Source: Chiloscyllium plagiosum
Taxonomy: Eukaryota
Reading direction: 5' to 3'
Assembly: GCF_004010195.1 (NCBI RefSeq)
Contig: NC_057719.1
Span: forward strand, 84,097,108-84,139,601
DNA length: 42,494 nucleotides
The position numbers and the translations under genes were made by a program. Below are positions 23,738 to 36,513 of the stretch, piece after piece (position 1 is the first letter of the stretch; every line of letters starts with the position of its first letter). A model generated the notes under the pieces. That model did not search any database and was not told where the DNA came from. It saw only the letters and a program-made list of their open reading frames with translations.

Positions 23738-23844
23738 TTTACCTTATGAAAATATGCAGTGCTTTTAAAGCAAAACAAAATTCAGAGATGCAATCAGAAC
23801 TTTAAATCCACCAACCTTGGGTATAATGGATCCTTCAGTGCAGG

Positions 23845-23913
23845 AGACCAACATATATAGTTGTAACATATAGACAAACATATAATATAGACCAACATAT
23901 ATAGTTGTAACAT
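23845..23913 (+). repeat. 25-bp direct repeat x2 with a partial copy between
   Basis: AGACCAACATATATAGTTGTAACAT at 23845-23869 and 23889-23913. Confidence 0.9.
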
Positions 23914-24229
23914 GATGGTTGGACTGAGGCCAGTCAAGATCATCAGCAATGAAACAGTTTGTCCAAGTCATTCACACTATACAGATCTAGAGGTTCAACC
24001 ATACGGTCTGTGCTGAGTCACCCAATTCTAGCCGAGTGAATAACTACATTTCCATAATCAGGGCTCAGTAAAAAAAAACTTAGTTTTATAGGGCACCTTT
24101 CACAATATCTCAACACACTCCAGCATTCTCACCCCATGCATAGCTTATGCTGAAGAACACACAATGAAGATAGATCACCCTAGCTGTGATACTCTCCATG
24201 ATATAATGGCCGAGCTTATTTTGGAACTA

Positions 24230-24363
24230 GTTGAGAGTGTGTTGAAAAAGCACAGCAAGTCAGGCAGCATCCGAGGAGCAGGAGGATACTGCCTGACCTG
24301 CTGTGTTTTTCCAGCAACACACACTCAACTCTGATCTCCAGCATCTGCAGACCTCACTGTCTC
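24230..24363 (+). mobile_element. Collapsed fold-back Penelope-like element (hammerhead deleted), 15-bp TSD
   Basis: Arms AGTTGAGAGTGTGTTG..GGCAGCATCC / GGATACTGCC..CACACTCAACT (ends 24330), 33-nt tail, TSD CTTATTTTGGAACTA at 24215-24229 and 24364-24378. Confidence 0.9.
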
Positions 24364-26399
24364 CTTATTTTGGAACTACTTGAACCTGTATGCAGTGATT
24401 ATGCTCCTGAATGACTATCAAATCACAAAGTTGAGCCATGAAGGTCTGAAGAGAAAGGTAGCGAGCGACATATATCCCAAAGGTATTGGCAACTGGGTCA
24501 CCCATTGGTAACTCAGCATCATGCAGAATCCAGTCTCAATACATAGCCCAAGGAGAGTTTACATCTTGCCCAAGTGATCATTGAACTATTTGCAACAAGC
24601 CAAAATTATCAAGATGTATGGAAAGATTCTGCCCTGGGCTTCTCTGATAGTCCTCCCAGGGACTAGCATTCCCAGATGGAGGCCTGGGAAAAGGAAGCAC
24701 GTTTGCAAATAAGTGGTGCAATCACAAATGCATTTTCAGGAGTTATGATCCCTTGCTGAATTCTCCTCCAGCACTGGAATTGTGATTTACTTCCATTTCA
24801 ATACCTTGCATTTCTATTGGATCTTTAACATGGTTAACTACGTAAAAGGCAAGGAACAAAGTTACCAAACAGAATTTAAGAAGGCATGAGGAGAAGTGAC
24901 AAGTGGCAAAGGTAAATTGTAGGTAACAACTTAGAAGGAACAGCAAGACAAGAGGGGGTTACGACCAAGGCAGCTAAAGGCATGGCCACCAATGACAGAG
25001 CAGTGAAAGTCGGGGATGTGCAAAACCCAGGAAACAACTCCACAACATAACTTGTGTTAGCCATGGTCAGGGTGAGGCAAAGTTAAGATAGGAAAAGTAA
25101 AAGGGGTAGGAAGGGGGGGACTAGCCTGTAAACAGCAGAGCAAAACAGTAGGACTTGGTGGTTAAACAAAAACCCAAAAATACTCAGTAGTGTTTGCAGT
25201 TGAACACTTCCTATACCTGACTGAGGACCTGAAGTGGCAGAATCCAGAAACTGCACCATCAAAATACAAAGGGACCTTGAGAAGGTCAGAAAAGCTGAAT
25301 GTTTGTTTTACAATGGGTCCTGGGCCAAGAGAATTAAATAGGTTCACCACGGCTTACAATATGCTGAAGCCAATGTCTGAAATGCTGCAGCACACAGGGC
25401 AAGCAAACATTTTCTCAGCTTATCTTTACAGATCTCTGTGTTATATTTATATTCCTCCCAACCTTGCATTGTTTCTGAACTGGTTCTCCTGGCTGTCTGA
25501 AAGCTGGAACGCCCTCAAGTCAAACATAAGGAAACCTACTTAAACTTCCAGAAAGCAGCTGGTATTTCTCTCAAATCCTACCCCGAAGGGGGGAATAAAA
25601 AGAGATAAATAAGCAACATTTTAGTTGTTGGCCAAGTTAGTTCTATAATCATCACTGCCTGGAACAAGCAAAAAAAACATGCTTGCCCTGACCCACCAAG
25701 CCTCTCCCCACCTCTGCTTAGTGACACACTACCTGAACTGCAGGAAGACATTGAATTTAGTAGTTACGCCAAGTCTAAACAACAGTGCTGAGTCTTGTGG
25801 TTGGAGATTTAGATAACGCTTAACTTGGCCCTTGTGATCTCCTGAGGGAACAAAGAGGAATTTTCCAGAATAATTTCTTCTCTAATTATTGACCTAAGGC
25901 TTTTTTCATTTTTTTTAAATGCCTCTTCCATGGTTACACAGCTGGGGGCAGGGTGCTCGAGCCATATTCTGTGGAGGGCCATATTTGATTGCCAGTTTTT
26001 TTTTCTTTCCTACCCACCAATTTCATATATTTGTAACTTATCCACAAACTGTATATTCTCAACACCACACTTCTTTTGTAATTTTCTCCCTTTCCATCTT
26101 CATTTTATCCTTTAACTAACATCAGTAGAAGTTGTGCTGTTTGTGGGAAGTCTACCTTGCAAAAATTGGCTGCTGCATTTCCAACAAACTTACACTACAC
26201 AAGCACTGCCAATCATAATGTTTATGATATCTTCAGGAGATCACTCAGAAATCATCCCTGTACCACCACTCTACATCAGCCATCTAGTTTAGCCTCACTG
26301 TCCCCAGCTTTTACCAAAAGAGCACTGCAAATTCTTCAAGTATATTTCCAACAGCCTTTTGCAAGTTCTTACAAAGCCACCACCCTTTCTGACGCTAAT

Positions 26400-26560
26400 A
26401 TAAACAAATCAAGTGCTGGAGCATCACAGCTGGATTGAAAGAGCATTATAATGGGACATGAAACGTTAACTCTTTCCCTTTCCACAAATGCTGCAGGAGC
26501 TATCGAGTTTCTCCAGTACTTTATGTTTATTTTGTATTTCCAGCATTGGCAACACTTTTC
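26400..26560 (+). mobile_element. Old, degenerate PLE 3' end with short inverted remnant
   Basis: GAAACGTTAACTCT...AATGCTGC...TTTCTCCAGTACTTT...ATTTCCAGCAT; AAGTGCTGGAG upstream pairs with CTCCAGTACTT. Confidence 0.5.
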
Positions 26561-27054
26561 TTTAACTATATTTTTTCTGGCAATGTGTTCCAGTTCTTAA
26601 AAACCTGATGTGTGAAGAAATTTCTCATTTACTTTCTACAGGTATAGCGTCTCCAACATCGGCAAATTCGAGATTGAGGCTGTGCCAGATTTTGATCTTT
26701 GTGGATTCTGAGTTGGGTGTTCTGGTCAAGCTGATGTGAAAGGTCGTAAGAGCACAGGAAAGGACTGACGCACAAGCAGCTAAGAGGATAACTTGCCCGG
26801 TACCACACAGTGCACCTAGCCGTATGGTCCAGTTGAGTCTTTTTTATTTTACACTATTAAAAATTGATGCATGGTACTTTCTCTCAAATCCAAACTGGAT
26901 CTCTTTACACTAGCATTACAGTTCTTTTGCCAATTATCTTAAGTCTATGACTGCAGTGCATTTGCCAGAAGAAACAGCTCCTCCCTACTTCTTCCATAGT
27001 ATTATTTGCAACACTATTCAGTCTCCCTTTAAACTTTCCAAGCAGAAAAATGCA

Positions 27055-27520
27055 ATAGAGTCATAGTCATAGAGTCATATAGCACGGAAACAGACTCTTC
27101 GGTCCAATCAGTCATGTCGAACATAACTCCAAACTAAACTAGTTCCCATGATCTGCTCCTGGCCCACATCCCTCCAAACCTTGCCTATTAATTTATTTAT
27201 TTAAGTGTCTTTTAAATGTTGTAACAGTGCCCATATCCCTCACTTCCTCAGGAAGATAATTCCACACACGAACACTGCCCCCCCAACCGTGTAAAATCTC
27301 GCCCCTCACCGATATCTTTTTAAAAAATCTCTCTCCTCTCACCTTAAAAATATGCCCCTAGGCTTTAAATTCTCCCAAGAAAAAATACAGCAACCATTAA
27401 TGCTAGCTATACCCCTTGTGATTTGTTAAACCTCTATAAGGTCACCCCTCAACCTCCTAAACTCTAGTAAGGAAAATCCCACCCTATCCAGACTTTCTTC
27501 ATAATTCCAACCTTCCATAC
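27055..27520 (-). mobile_element. CR1 (HER1-like) 3' portion
   Basis: ATAGAGTCATAGTCATAGAGTCAT tail, AGCACGGAAACAGAC, AAACCTCTATAAGGTCACCCCTCAACCTCC. Confidence 0.85.
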
Positions 27521-28189
27521 CATCTTCAGATAACTGAACTCTCTCATTCTCACCATCATCCTGTCACATCTCCTCTTCCAGGATCATGATGTTGCTCTTA
27601 CAGACAATACTTTTACACACGACACTATCATTTATTGAGAATCCGCTAGCATCTAGAGATCTGTTTGTGGTATGGCATTTAAATTCTACAACTCTGGCAA
27701 ATGATTAGGGCATATATGTGCTTGAAGCTTTCTAGTAAGCGTTAAAAAAAATGTAAAGGTTGCAGCAGTCCATATACTGCATTTAACTGTTGATTTTTAT
27801 ATGAAAAATGCAAACTTAAAAATTATTGCCAAGTGAAGTATTATTAAAGTAAGTTAAAGACCTGCAAGATTAACTGCTTCCTTTCATCACAGATGCTGCC
27901 TGACCTGCTGAACATTCCACAAAATTCCACAGAGTTTCAAGATGAGCTGCATTTTACTTTTGAAATTAAAGTTAGTTATGTGCAAAATTATGACTGCAAT
28001 TCTGATGTTACAACAATGTCTATTTTTCCAAAGCACTTTAGTAAGTTGTGGAAAGTGCTTAGTAATGCAAGATTACTCTAAATCCCTTTGGGAAGTATGA
28101 CTCTACTAGGTATTATAACCACCTGCCCAGCTCAAAGAAAACCAGTCAAGCATTTAATAAGATCGTACCTGCTCAGACTGTAACCACAA

Positions 28190-29700
28190 AATCACTCTGA
28201 CCCCCATCTTTCCCCATAACCCTGCACTTTATTTCTACTTAAATAACAATCCAATACCCTCAAATGCTTCAATTTAACTGGCCTTGACCACACTTCTAGA
28301 TAGTACATACCAGACCTGAAACACTCTAAACTTGAAAACATTTTTCTCACATCATATTTACTTCTATTTCAAGAGAATAAATCTATTCAAACATTCTGCT
28401 GTTACAACTACCTTTTCAGGAAGAGTGTTCGAAAGACTCATGACCCTAAAGAAAACATTTAACCTCATCCGTTCTAAATGGCTGACACCTGTTTTTTAAA
28501 CAACAAACCCTGCTTCCATCTTCTCACATAATTGGAAACATTCTCTCCTCCTCTACCCTGTCAAGAGCCCTCAGGATCTTACATGCTTCAATCAAGTCAC
28601 CTCTTAATCTCCTGAACTACAGCAGACACAAGCCTAGTCTGACCAAGGTTCCCTCAAAAAGACAACCCGCCCATTCCAGGAATTAATTGTAAACCTTCTC
28701 TGAACAGCTTCCAACACAGTTACACACATCCTCAATAAGGAGGCCCATATTGTGCACAGTACTCCAGATGTGGTTTCACCTGTGTTCTATCCAACTGAAA
28801 TATAATCGCCCTGCTTTTGCATTTAACTCCACTCAAAATAACTGATTACATTCTATTAGCTTTCATAATTATTTGTTATTCCTGATTACTTTTGCAATGC
28901 ACCAGGACACCAGATGCCTGTGCCTCAAATTCTGCAATTTCTCATCATTTAGATAGCAGACGACTTCCTACCAAATTGAACAATTTCACATTTTCCATTC
29001 CATTTTCCATATCTTTGCCCACTCATTTAACCTATTTACTGTATACCTTTTCATAACCTTTTTCCATAATCTTCCCAACTTACTTTCCTGCCTACCTTTG
29101 TATCATCAGCAAAGTTAGCAACAATACCTTTAGTATCTTCATCCAAATTATTTATGTAAATTGTAAACAATTGAGATCCCATCAACAATCCCTTTGGCAC
29201 ACCACAACTTGCCAACCTAAAAAAGACACATTTAAGCCTACTCTCTGTTTCCTGTCAGCCAGCCAATCTTCTATCCATGCCAAATGGTAGTCCCTACACG
29301 ATGAGCTTTTACTTTCTGAAACAACCTTTGATGTGGCATTTTATCAAGTGCATTCTGGAAATCTAAATACAGTATATCCACCTGTAGCCCTTTATCCAAA
29401 GTATGTTATTTCCTCAAAGAACTCTAATAGATTACTTACATGAATAAAAGAGTTATATTTGCTATCTTCCAATCTGAAGGGACTTTCTCTGACTCTAGGG
29501 AATTCTGGCAAATTAAAACCAATGCATTATCTATCTTGCTTACTAGCTCTTTTAAGACCTTAGAGTGAAATCCATCAGGACCCAGACTCTTATCAGCCTG
29601 ACCTCTAACAATTCACTCAATACCACTTCTCTGGTGATTGCAATTTTCCCGAGTTTCTCCGTCGCTTCCATTTTCTGAGTTATTGCTGCTTCTGGAATGT
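28190..29700 (-). mobile_element. Old CR1 LINE(s), RT and C-terminal region
   Basis: Antisense motifs CACAGTACTCCAGATGTGG (PHLEYCV), TTTGTATCATCAGCAAA (FADDTK), GCATTCTGGAAATCTAAATA (YLDFQNA). Confidence 0.8.
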
Positions 29701-29896
29701 TACTATCCTTTAACCTAAGTTGCTCACCAACAATAGAAACCTTAACTTTCTTCATGCTAACATGACTAAATAATAATCACTTGGTTATATCTTGGAAAAT
29801 TAGATGAGCTGCCAAAATATCTCTGAACTACCACTGAGGCCATCTACTTCCATCCCAGCAACGTTGCCTCATAGCGTTCCTTGTCTCAGCTCAACT

Positions 29897-30002
29897 GTTG
29901 CTGAAACAAAAACAAATTGCTGGAAAAGCTCAGCAGATCTGATAGCATCTGTGAAGAGAAAGCAGAGTTAGCATTGCGGGTCTGGTAATCCGTCCTCAGA
30001 GA
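29897..30002 (-). mobile_element. PLE arm fragment with degenerate hammerhead
   Basis: Similar to 2375-2478; reverse complement CTGAGGA-C-GGATTACCAGACCC-GCAATGCTAACTCTG. Confidence 0.65.
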
Positions 30003-30344
30003 TTACAGTGATAAGAAGGGATTAAAGCCATGGAAGAATTTGAAAGAAAGATAAGAATTTTTAAATGAGCACATTACGTGACCTGGAGCTCAGTTTAGGG
30101 ATAATGAGTGATGGAAAAATGGGACTTGATGGGACAAAGGACACAGCAGTGAAGTTTTGGATGACATCAAATTTATGTAAAGTGAAATATGGGAGACCAG
30201 CCAGTGTATTGGAATAGTCAAATTGAACGTTGATGAAGGTGTTAGCAACTTCAGGATTAGCAGCTCATAAAGTACTTCCAAAGTGCATCCAATAGGAAAC
30301 ACAGCAACTAATCTGCACACAAGATCACACAAACAGAAAAATGA

Positions 30345-31370
30345 CCATAGAATCATACAGCATAGTAACAGACCCTTTAGTCCAATATAATCCCAAACTA
30401 AACTAGTCCCCACAGCCTGCTCCTCGCCCAAATCCCTCCACACTTCACATTCATCCACTTATCTAAATGACTTAAATTTTGTGATTGTGCCCAAATCCAT
30501 CACTTCCTCAGGAAGTTCATTTCACACACAAACCACCCTTTGTGTAAAAAAAGTTGCCCCACTTGTCTTTTTTAAACCTCTCTCCTATCATTTTAAAAAT
30601 ATGCCCCCCCATTCTTGAAAAGACACATCATTAACTCTATCCGTGCCCCTCATGATTTTATGATCTTGTGTAAGGTCACCTCTCAACCTCCTACGCTCCA
30701 GTGAAAAAACAGTCCCAGCCTATCCAGCCTTTGTTTATAACTCAAACCTTCTATACTCAGCAAATCCTGGTAAATTTCTTCTGGACCCTCACCAGCATGA
30801 TAATATCCTTCCTACAACTGGGTGACTACAACTGGACACAGTACTCCAGAAGAGGCCTCACCAATGTTCTATACAACCTCAACATGACTTCCAAACTCCT
30901 ATACTCAAATGCCTGAGCAATGAAGGTAAATGTGCTAAACACCTTTTTAACCATCCTGTCTATATGTGACGAAAAGTATGGCGCTGGAAAAGCACAGCAG
31001 GTCAGGCAGCATCCGAGGAGCAGGAGAGTCAACGTTTCAGGCATTCCTGATGAAGGGCTTATGCCCAACATGTTGACTCTCCTGCTCCTCGGATGCTGCC
31101 TGACCTACTGTGCTTGTCCAGTGCCACACTTTTCAACTCTGATTCTCCAGCATTTGCAATCCTCACTTTCTCCTTGTCTACATGTGATGCAAACTTCAAA
31201 GGATTATGTATCTAAACACCTAGGTCCCTCTGCTCCACAACACTGCTCTCAATACCCTAACCATTAATTGTATAAACCATATCCTTGTTTGTTGTGCCAA
31301 AATGCAATACCTTGTATTTATCCAAATTGAACTCTATCCGCCATTTTTCAGGCCGCTGACCCAATTGATC
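30345..31370 (-). mobile_element. 5'-truncated CR1 (HER1-like) LINE interrupted by a PLE hairpin
   Basis: ORF piece EYRSLEVMLRLYRTLVRPLLEYCVQ; tail CATAGAATCATACAGCAT. Confidence 0.88.
30972..31174 (+). mobile_element. Fold-back Penelope-like element
   Basis: Arms GAAAAGTATGGCGCTGG.. / ..CCAGTGCCACACTTTTC (ends 31134), 40-nt tail, TSD TGTCTA(T/C)ATGTGA(C/T)G at 30957-30971 and 31175-31189. Hammerhead at 31043-31078 has a damaged GAAA. Confidence 0.88.
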
Positions 31371-31571
31371 TGAAGAAATAATCTTTTTTTGAGATGATGA
31401 TTAAATGATAAATTTGGTTAGGGCTTCTGCAAAATAGTGACATGGGATTGCGAGTTCACCTGAGGGTAGACAGAGCCTTGTTTTCACCTAAAAGATGGCA
31501 TCTCTCGAAATACATAACACACACAATCTTATATTTTATTACGCTAACTTTAATGAATTGTTTTATTGAAA

Positions 31572-31665
31572 TAGATTAGATTCCCTACAGCTAATCTAGG
31601 GAAACAGGCCTTCCGGCCCAACAAGTCCACACCGACCCTCCGACAAACAACCCACCCAGAACCAC
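31572..31665 (-). mobile_element. HE1-type SINE 3' fragment
   Basis: TAGATTAGATTCCCTACAG...GGAAACAGGCCTTCCGGCCCAACAAGTCCACACCGACC matches 19647-19730. Confidence 0.8.
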
Positions 31666-32154
31666 AGCTAAAAAAAAATCTGAAGCAATAATCAGGAAAA
31701 AGCTGAATAGCAGTTTTCATTAATTTACAACATGAAACTTAGAATTACCAGTGGAAAAACAACAAAATATGCAATACTTCACTAATTACCTAACAACACA
31801 GAACTGGGACTAGTGTTCATAATTTGACTAGATTGGTTATGAGGCCTTCATTCGTCTGATGGAACAAGGAACTTGATGGATTAGCCAAAAGCTACACAAT
31901 ATATTTTTTGTCCTGGGTACGAAACTCTCAATCAGCCTGGTCATACATTGTGAGAATTCCAGACCAACTTGTATCACAAATTTCACACCTACGGAAGGAT
32001 CCAAAATATTTACATTCAATTAATTTTCTTTCTTGAAGTACATTCTCTTGTAACACAGGAAACATACACAAAATAAGTCTCCACAAGTATGACAAGATCA
32101 TCTGATTCATAATGATACCGGTTGAAGATCCATAACCTTGCAAATTGTTCCACT

Positions 32155-32282
32155 TCGGTGCACCACTCCCTCAGTGCATTGGGAGTGTCAGCCTGGATTA
32201 TGAGCTCAAGTCTTTGGAATGGGACTCAAAAACCGAAACCTTCTGACTCAGAGGCACGAGCACTACAACTGAGCCATGAATG
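32155..32282 (-). mobile_element. tRNA-derived head of a Deu-domain SINE
   Basis: Reverse complement TGGCTCAGTTGTAGTGCTCGTGCCTCTGAGTCAGAAGG...AGACTTGAGCTCATAATCCAGGCTGACACTCCC...CTGAGGGAGTGGTGCAC. Confidence 0.65.
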
Positions 32283-35200
32283 ATACTTCACTCGTCACAA
32301 GGTGTTACGCAACTGTGTGAATCGATAAAAAAAATGTGACAACTAAATAGACCCTAGCACAGGTAACCAAATATTTGGTCAAAGAGTTAAGTTTTAAGGA
32401 GAGTTTTAACAGATGAGCAAGGGATGCAAAGGTAGAAAGGTTTGATGAAGGAATTTCAGCACTTGGAGCTAGGTATCTGAAGGCCTAGATCACAATAATA
32501 GGGCCATGGGTTAGGAATAGTCAAGAGGCCAGCTAGAAGAATTCAAGTATTTCAGAGGAAGAAAAACTTGAGGAGGTTATAGAGATAGATGAGGATCTGA
32601 AGGGGTTTAAACAAGAGGATGAAATCTTAAATAGAGGCATTCAGGGAGTAGAAATTGATGCAGATCAGTTGTAGCTTTGGATAAGCTTAAGCTTATGTTG
32701 GATGGTGATCAAAAGAATGTCCTGCAGCAAGAAACCGGTTGCTCAAGAGGTTTCTGAGATCTTGTCTATCAACAATCAGAAAATACAATGGTTCAGAGTT
32801 TCTCTAGCAATTTCTGTTTCTGTTGTAGACAACACAATGGTACCTGCCTATGTTAAATAGTTATTAATAGTACACTTATCTCACTTGGTGTCTCAACAAT
32901 TAGCTCTGACTGTGTAAACAGGTTTCAAATCAATAGGCGCTTTCATGGCTCAGGGAAATGTGATGACACTTGCACATTACACACCCATCCCTGCAGAGTA
33001 GTTTGTTCATATAATTAGGCCCACACAGCTTGGTGGCTGAAACCTTTTGAGATCAACTTCAAACAGCACTCAGAGATATGAATGAGGTTCTCTCTTAACA
33101 TCAAGAGACCAAAGACGACAGTGTAGAATTACATTACAAACCTTAATACTGAAAGCGGACTGCAGCAACTCAACCGGCATCATAGCAACAGTTAAATGAC
33201 AGCTGTGCCATAGCAAAACATCCCAAAGATGCTATGAAAACAAAAATTGCCACCTAGACACATAAAACAACATTGGGAAAGGTGGCAGAAAGCATGGTAG
33301 GTTTGAAGGAGTCACTTAAAGGAGGAGAGAGATAGACAGAGAGGTAAAGAGGTTTGGAAGGAATTTCAACACTTGGGACCAAGGTAGTTGAAGGCTAGCA
33401 CTCCAACTGGGAGGGACAGACGGAAGGAGAGAGGGATTGGGGTGGGGGTGGGGGGACGCGCGAAGAGATCAGAGTCAAAGGTCCAAAACAAAGTTGGCAG
33501 TCAATGATAGCAAATTACTTCCCTTTTCAGGCTTTCACAAGGAATGGGAATGGGGAAGATATCATTAGTTCATATGTTCAGGAGGGAGAAGCACAGAAAA
33601 TAACCAACTATCAGGAATTATCAGTAAAAAGTTCTAGCCAAGATTCATGACCTTCCAGGTTGCAGAAGGGATGGGAAACAGACACCCAAGAATTGCCAAT
33701 ACATGAACAGCATAGTGTTAGCAACAGAACTGCATAACATTCACAATAAGGACTGTTCATTCTATTTTAGGATTGAGAGACTATCAGATAGCTCTTTCAA
33801 GTTATCCACATGGATGCAATGATCTTCCTTTTGCCAAATGTTTTTATGATTCTAACTTGTATTTATCTAATATCTGTAATATAGTACAATGTTCTAAGGT
33901 GTGTTACAAGATAAAATTTCACATTGAGCCATATATAAAAACAGTTTGGTCGGGTAAGTAGGCTTTTTAAATGCCATGAAGAAAGGGGCTCAGAGAATGC
34001 CATCAGAGATGAAAAATTCAAAAGATTACAAGCGTCAAGCAGAACTAAGTCTTATACAAAACAGGTAAACAAAGTAATCAGATATCTGCCACTGGCACCA
34101 TCATCTGCCAGAACCATTTGAGATGTGTTGAGTAGATTCACTGCTACCAATCCTTCTTCCTGGCATTAGTCTAGATTACTTTTACTAAATAACAAAGGAT
34201 GCCCACTCAAGATCTTCAGCAGAATTAGGTTCAGTCTTGATATGAAATGAATAGGTTCATTACATGATTTTAATAGCTACTTACATTACATCTAAGATTT
34301 ATGACTGTCTGAGACATCAGGCTCAATTTAAGCCTAGGCTCACATTACGGCTGTTAAAACATTCTCTTACAGCATTGGTGATAAGTGTAGAACTCTGTGG
34401 TTAGCTGTTTCCAGGAATAGTCATTTATATCCCAATAGGTGGAGTGTTAGTTAACACTTTCAGGGCCTAACTGCTTTATGCAATACTGTATGTTTTCCCG
34501 ACAAGAAAATTAACAATGTGACAGACATACAACTTGGGTATGTTGAATTGTTTGTGCACCATGAAAGATTTGGGTTCTTCTTTTTATTTGCTTATTCATT
34601 GATATACAATGCAGATTTCACTGGCAAAACTAGCAATTATTGTCCATCTTAATTGCCATTGACAAGGTAACAGTGAGCTGCCTTCTTGAACCATGTGCAG
34701 CCATTCACCTGGTATGTAAAACACAGTGAATTTTAAAAAACTGAAGTCGGTTAGGCAGTCTCAAAAAATGGCCAAGAGGATGAAGGCAGCTACAGTACGG
34801 TACATAGCAGATTGCTGCAGCTAAATCAACCTGGCTTAAGCCAGCAGTTCATAGCCACTGTACTAATTAATCTTGGTTGCTTCTTCTGTTCTGGATCACT
34901 ATTGGAAATGGTTGCCACAATTGAATAACCTGTCAACATTCAGTGTATAGGCTCACAATGGACAATTCCACCGCATTGGGAAGCCAGCTGATGCTTTCAC
35001 CATTCGACTCCAGAATGAGAGAGATTTGGAAGTAGAATAGGAGACAAAATAGAACATAAGTCTTTGAGGGTGAGGGCGTATAGATATTGGGAGATCATTA
35101 GTCAGCTGCAGCTTTCAGACCCTATCTGATATTTTCACTTGAATTATTAACATTGGCTTAGAGCATAAGCACAAGCAGACTGTGCTGCAGCATAGATCAG

Positions 35201-35601
35201 ACAGAGATGGAAAATTGTTTCAAGTACATCCAGCAAAACAATCATTTTGGAAGCAACAAACTCAGCAACATCCCGCAACTGAAAAAAGTTTGGAGTTAAT
35301 CACATCAGGTTGTTGACCAAAGGTAACAATGTTCCTGTTAGAAATAAATCAAACTGTTGAATACTCAAGTTGAACATCTTACTGTTAGAAAATGAACCTG
35401 TTTCATTTCAGGTAACCAGTGTGAAGAGAAGACATTCACATTTCAAGTGTGCATGGACTAGTTACAGAAGAGTAAATCTTGCTCATGCACTCAATCATTT
35501 TCTACCATCAGTGCAAGACACTAAATATGACAGAGCAGAGGGACCAATGTGCCTTGTGTAAAGACCACATCTTTTATTTTTCTGAATTTTTGATTGTGAT
35601 C

Positions 35602-36215
35602 AGAAGACACAGGAGCAGAGGAAGCCAATTAGCCCACTGAGTTTGCTCCACCATTCAATGAGATAATCTTCTGATAATCCTCAACTCCACTTTCCTGCCT
35701 TTTCCCCATAACCCGATTCCTTTATTAAAAATCTCTCTCAGTCTTGAATATACTTAATCATTCAACTTCGACAGCCTTCTGCAGTAGACATCCACAGATT
35801 CACTACTCTCTGACAGAAGAAATTCAACCCCCATCTGTCTTAAATAGGCAATCCCTTTCATTATGCTCTTCGTTCCTAGACCTTGCCATAAGTGTAAACG
35901 ATCATTTTGCATCAACCCTGTCAAGTCCCCAATAATCTTGTGTGTTTCAATTTGGTCATTCTTCTAACCTCCAAGGAATACAGGTCCAGTTTACTCAACT
36001 TCTCCTTATACAACATAGTCCCTCCATACTCAGGATCAGCCATATGAACTTTCCCAACTTTAATACTAGTATCTTTTCTCTGAGATAAGGGGCCCAAAAG
36101 TGTTCACTGTATTCTAGCTGTAGTCTGACTTGTGCCTATTATAGTTTCGCAAAACCTTCTTACTTGTACATGCCATTCTGTTTGAAATAAAGGGCAATGT
36201 TTCATTTGTCTTCCC
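35602..36215 (-). mobile_element. CR1 3' portion
   Basis: ACAGGAGCAGAGGAAGCC...CTCCACCATTCAATGAGAT terminal stem; GGGCCCAAAAGTGTTCACTGTATTCTAGCTGTAGTCTGAC (antisense VRLQLEYSEHFWAP). Confidence 0.8.
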
Positions 36216-36220
36216 ATTAT

Positions 36221-36513
36221 GATTAGATTAGATTACTTACAGTGTGGAAACAGGCCCTTCGGCCCAACAAGTCCACACCGACCCGCCGAAGCGCAACCCA
36301 CCCGTACCCCTACATCTAACACTATGGACAATTTAGCATTGCCAATTCATCTGACCTGCACATTTTTGGACTGTGGGAGGAAACCGGAGCACCCGGAGGA
36401 AACCCACGCAGACACGGGGAGAATGTGCAAATTCCACACAGTCAGTTGCCTGAAGCGGGAATTGAACCCGGGTCTCTGGCGCTGTGAGGTAGCAGTGCTA
36501 ACCACTGTGCCAC
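36221..36513 (-). mobile_element. HE1-type V-SINE, near full length
   Basis: Closely matches 19647-19981, with A box, B box (GGTTCAATTCC) and TCTAA tail. Confidence 0.93.

Noticed and set aside
2637..24363. Hairpin elements as MITEs or DNA transposons
   Set aside because: Arms are asymmetric (one-sided tail), TSD length varies from 13 to 16 bp, and the same arm sequence is attached to a GIY-YIG fragment at 36930-37075.
26625..26750. Plus-strand exon after TTTACTTTCTACAG
   Set aside because: No convincing donor site and no recognisable peptide; the acceptor-like tract lies at the edge of an old CR1 remnant.
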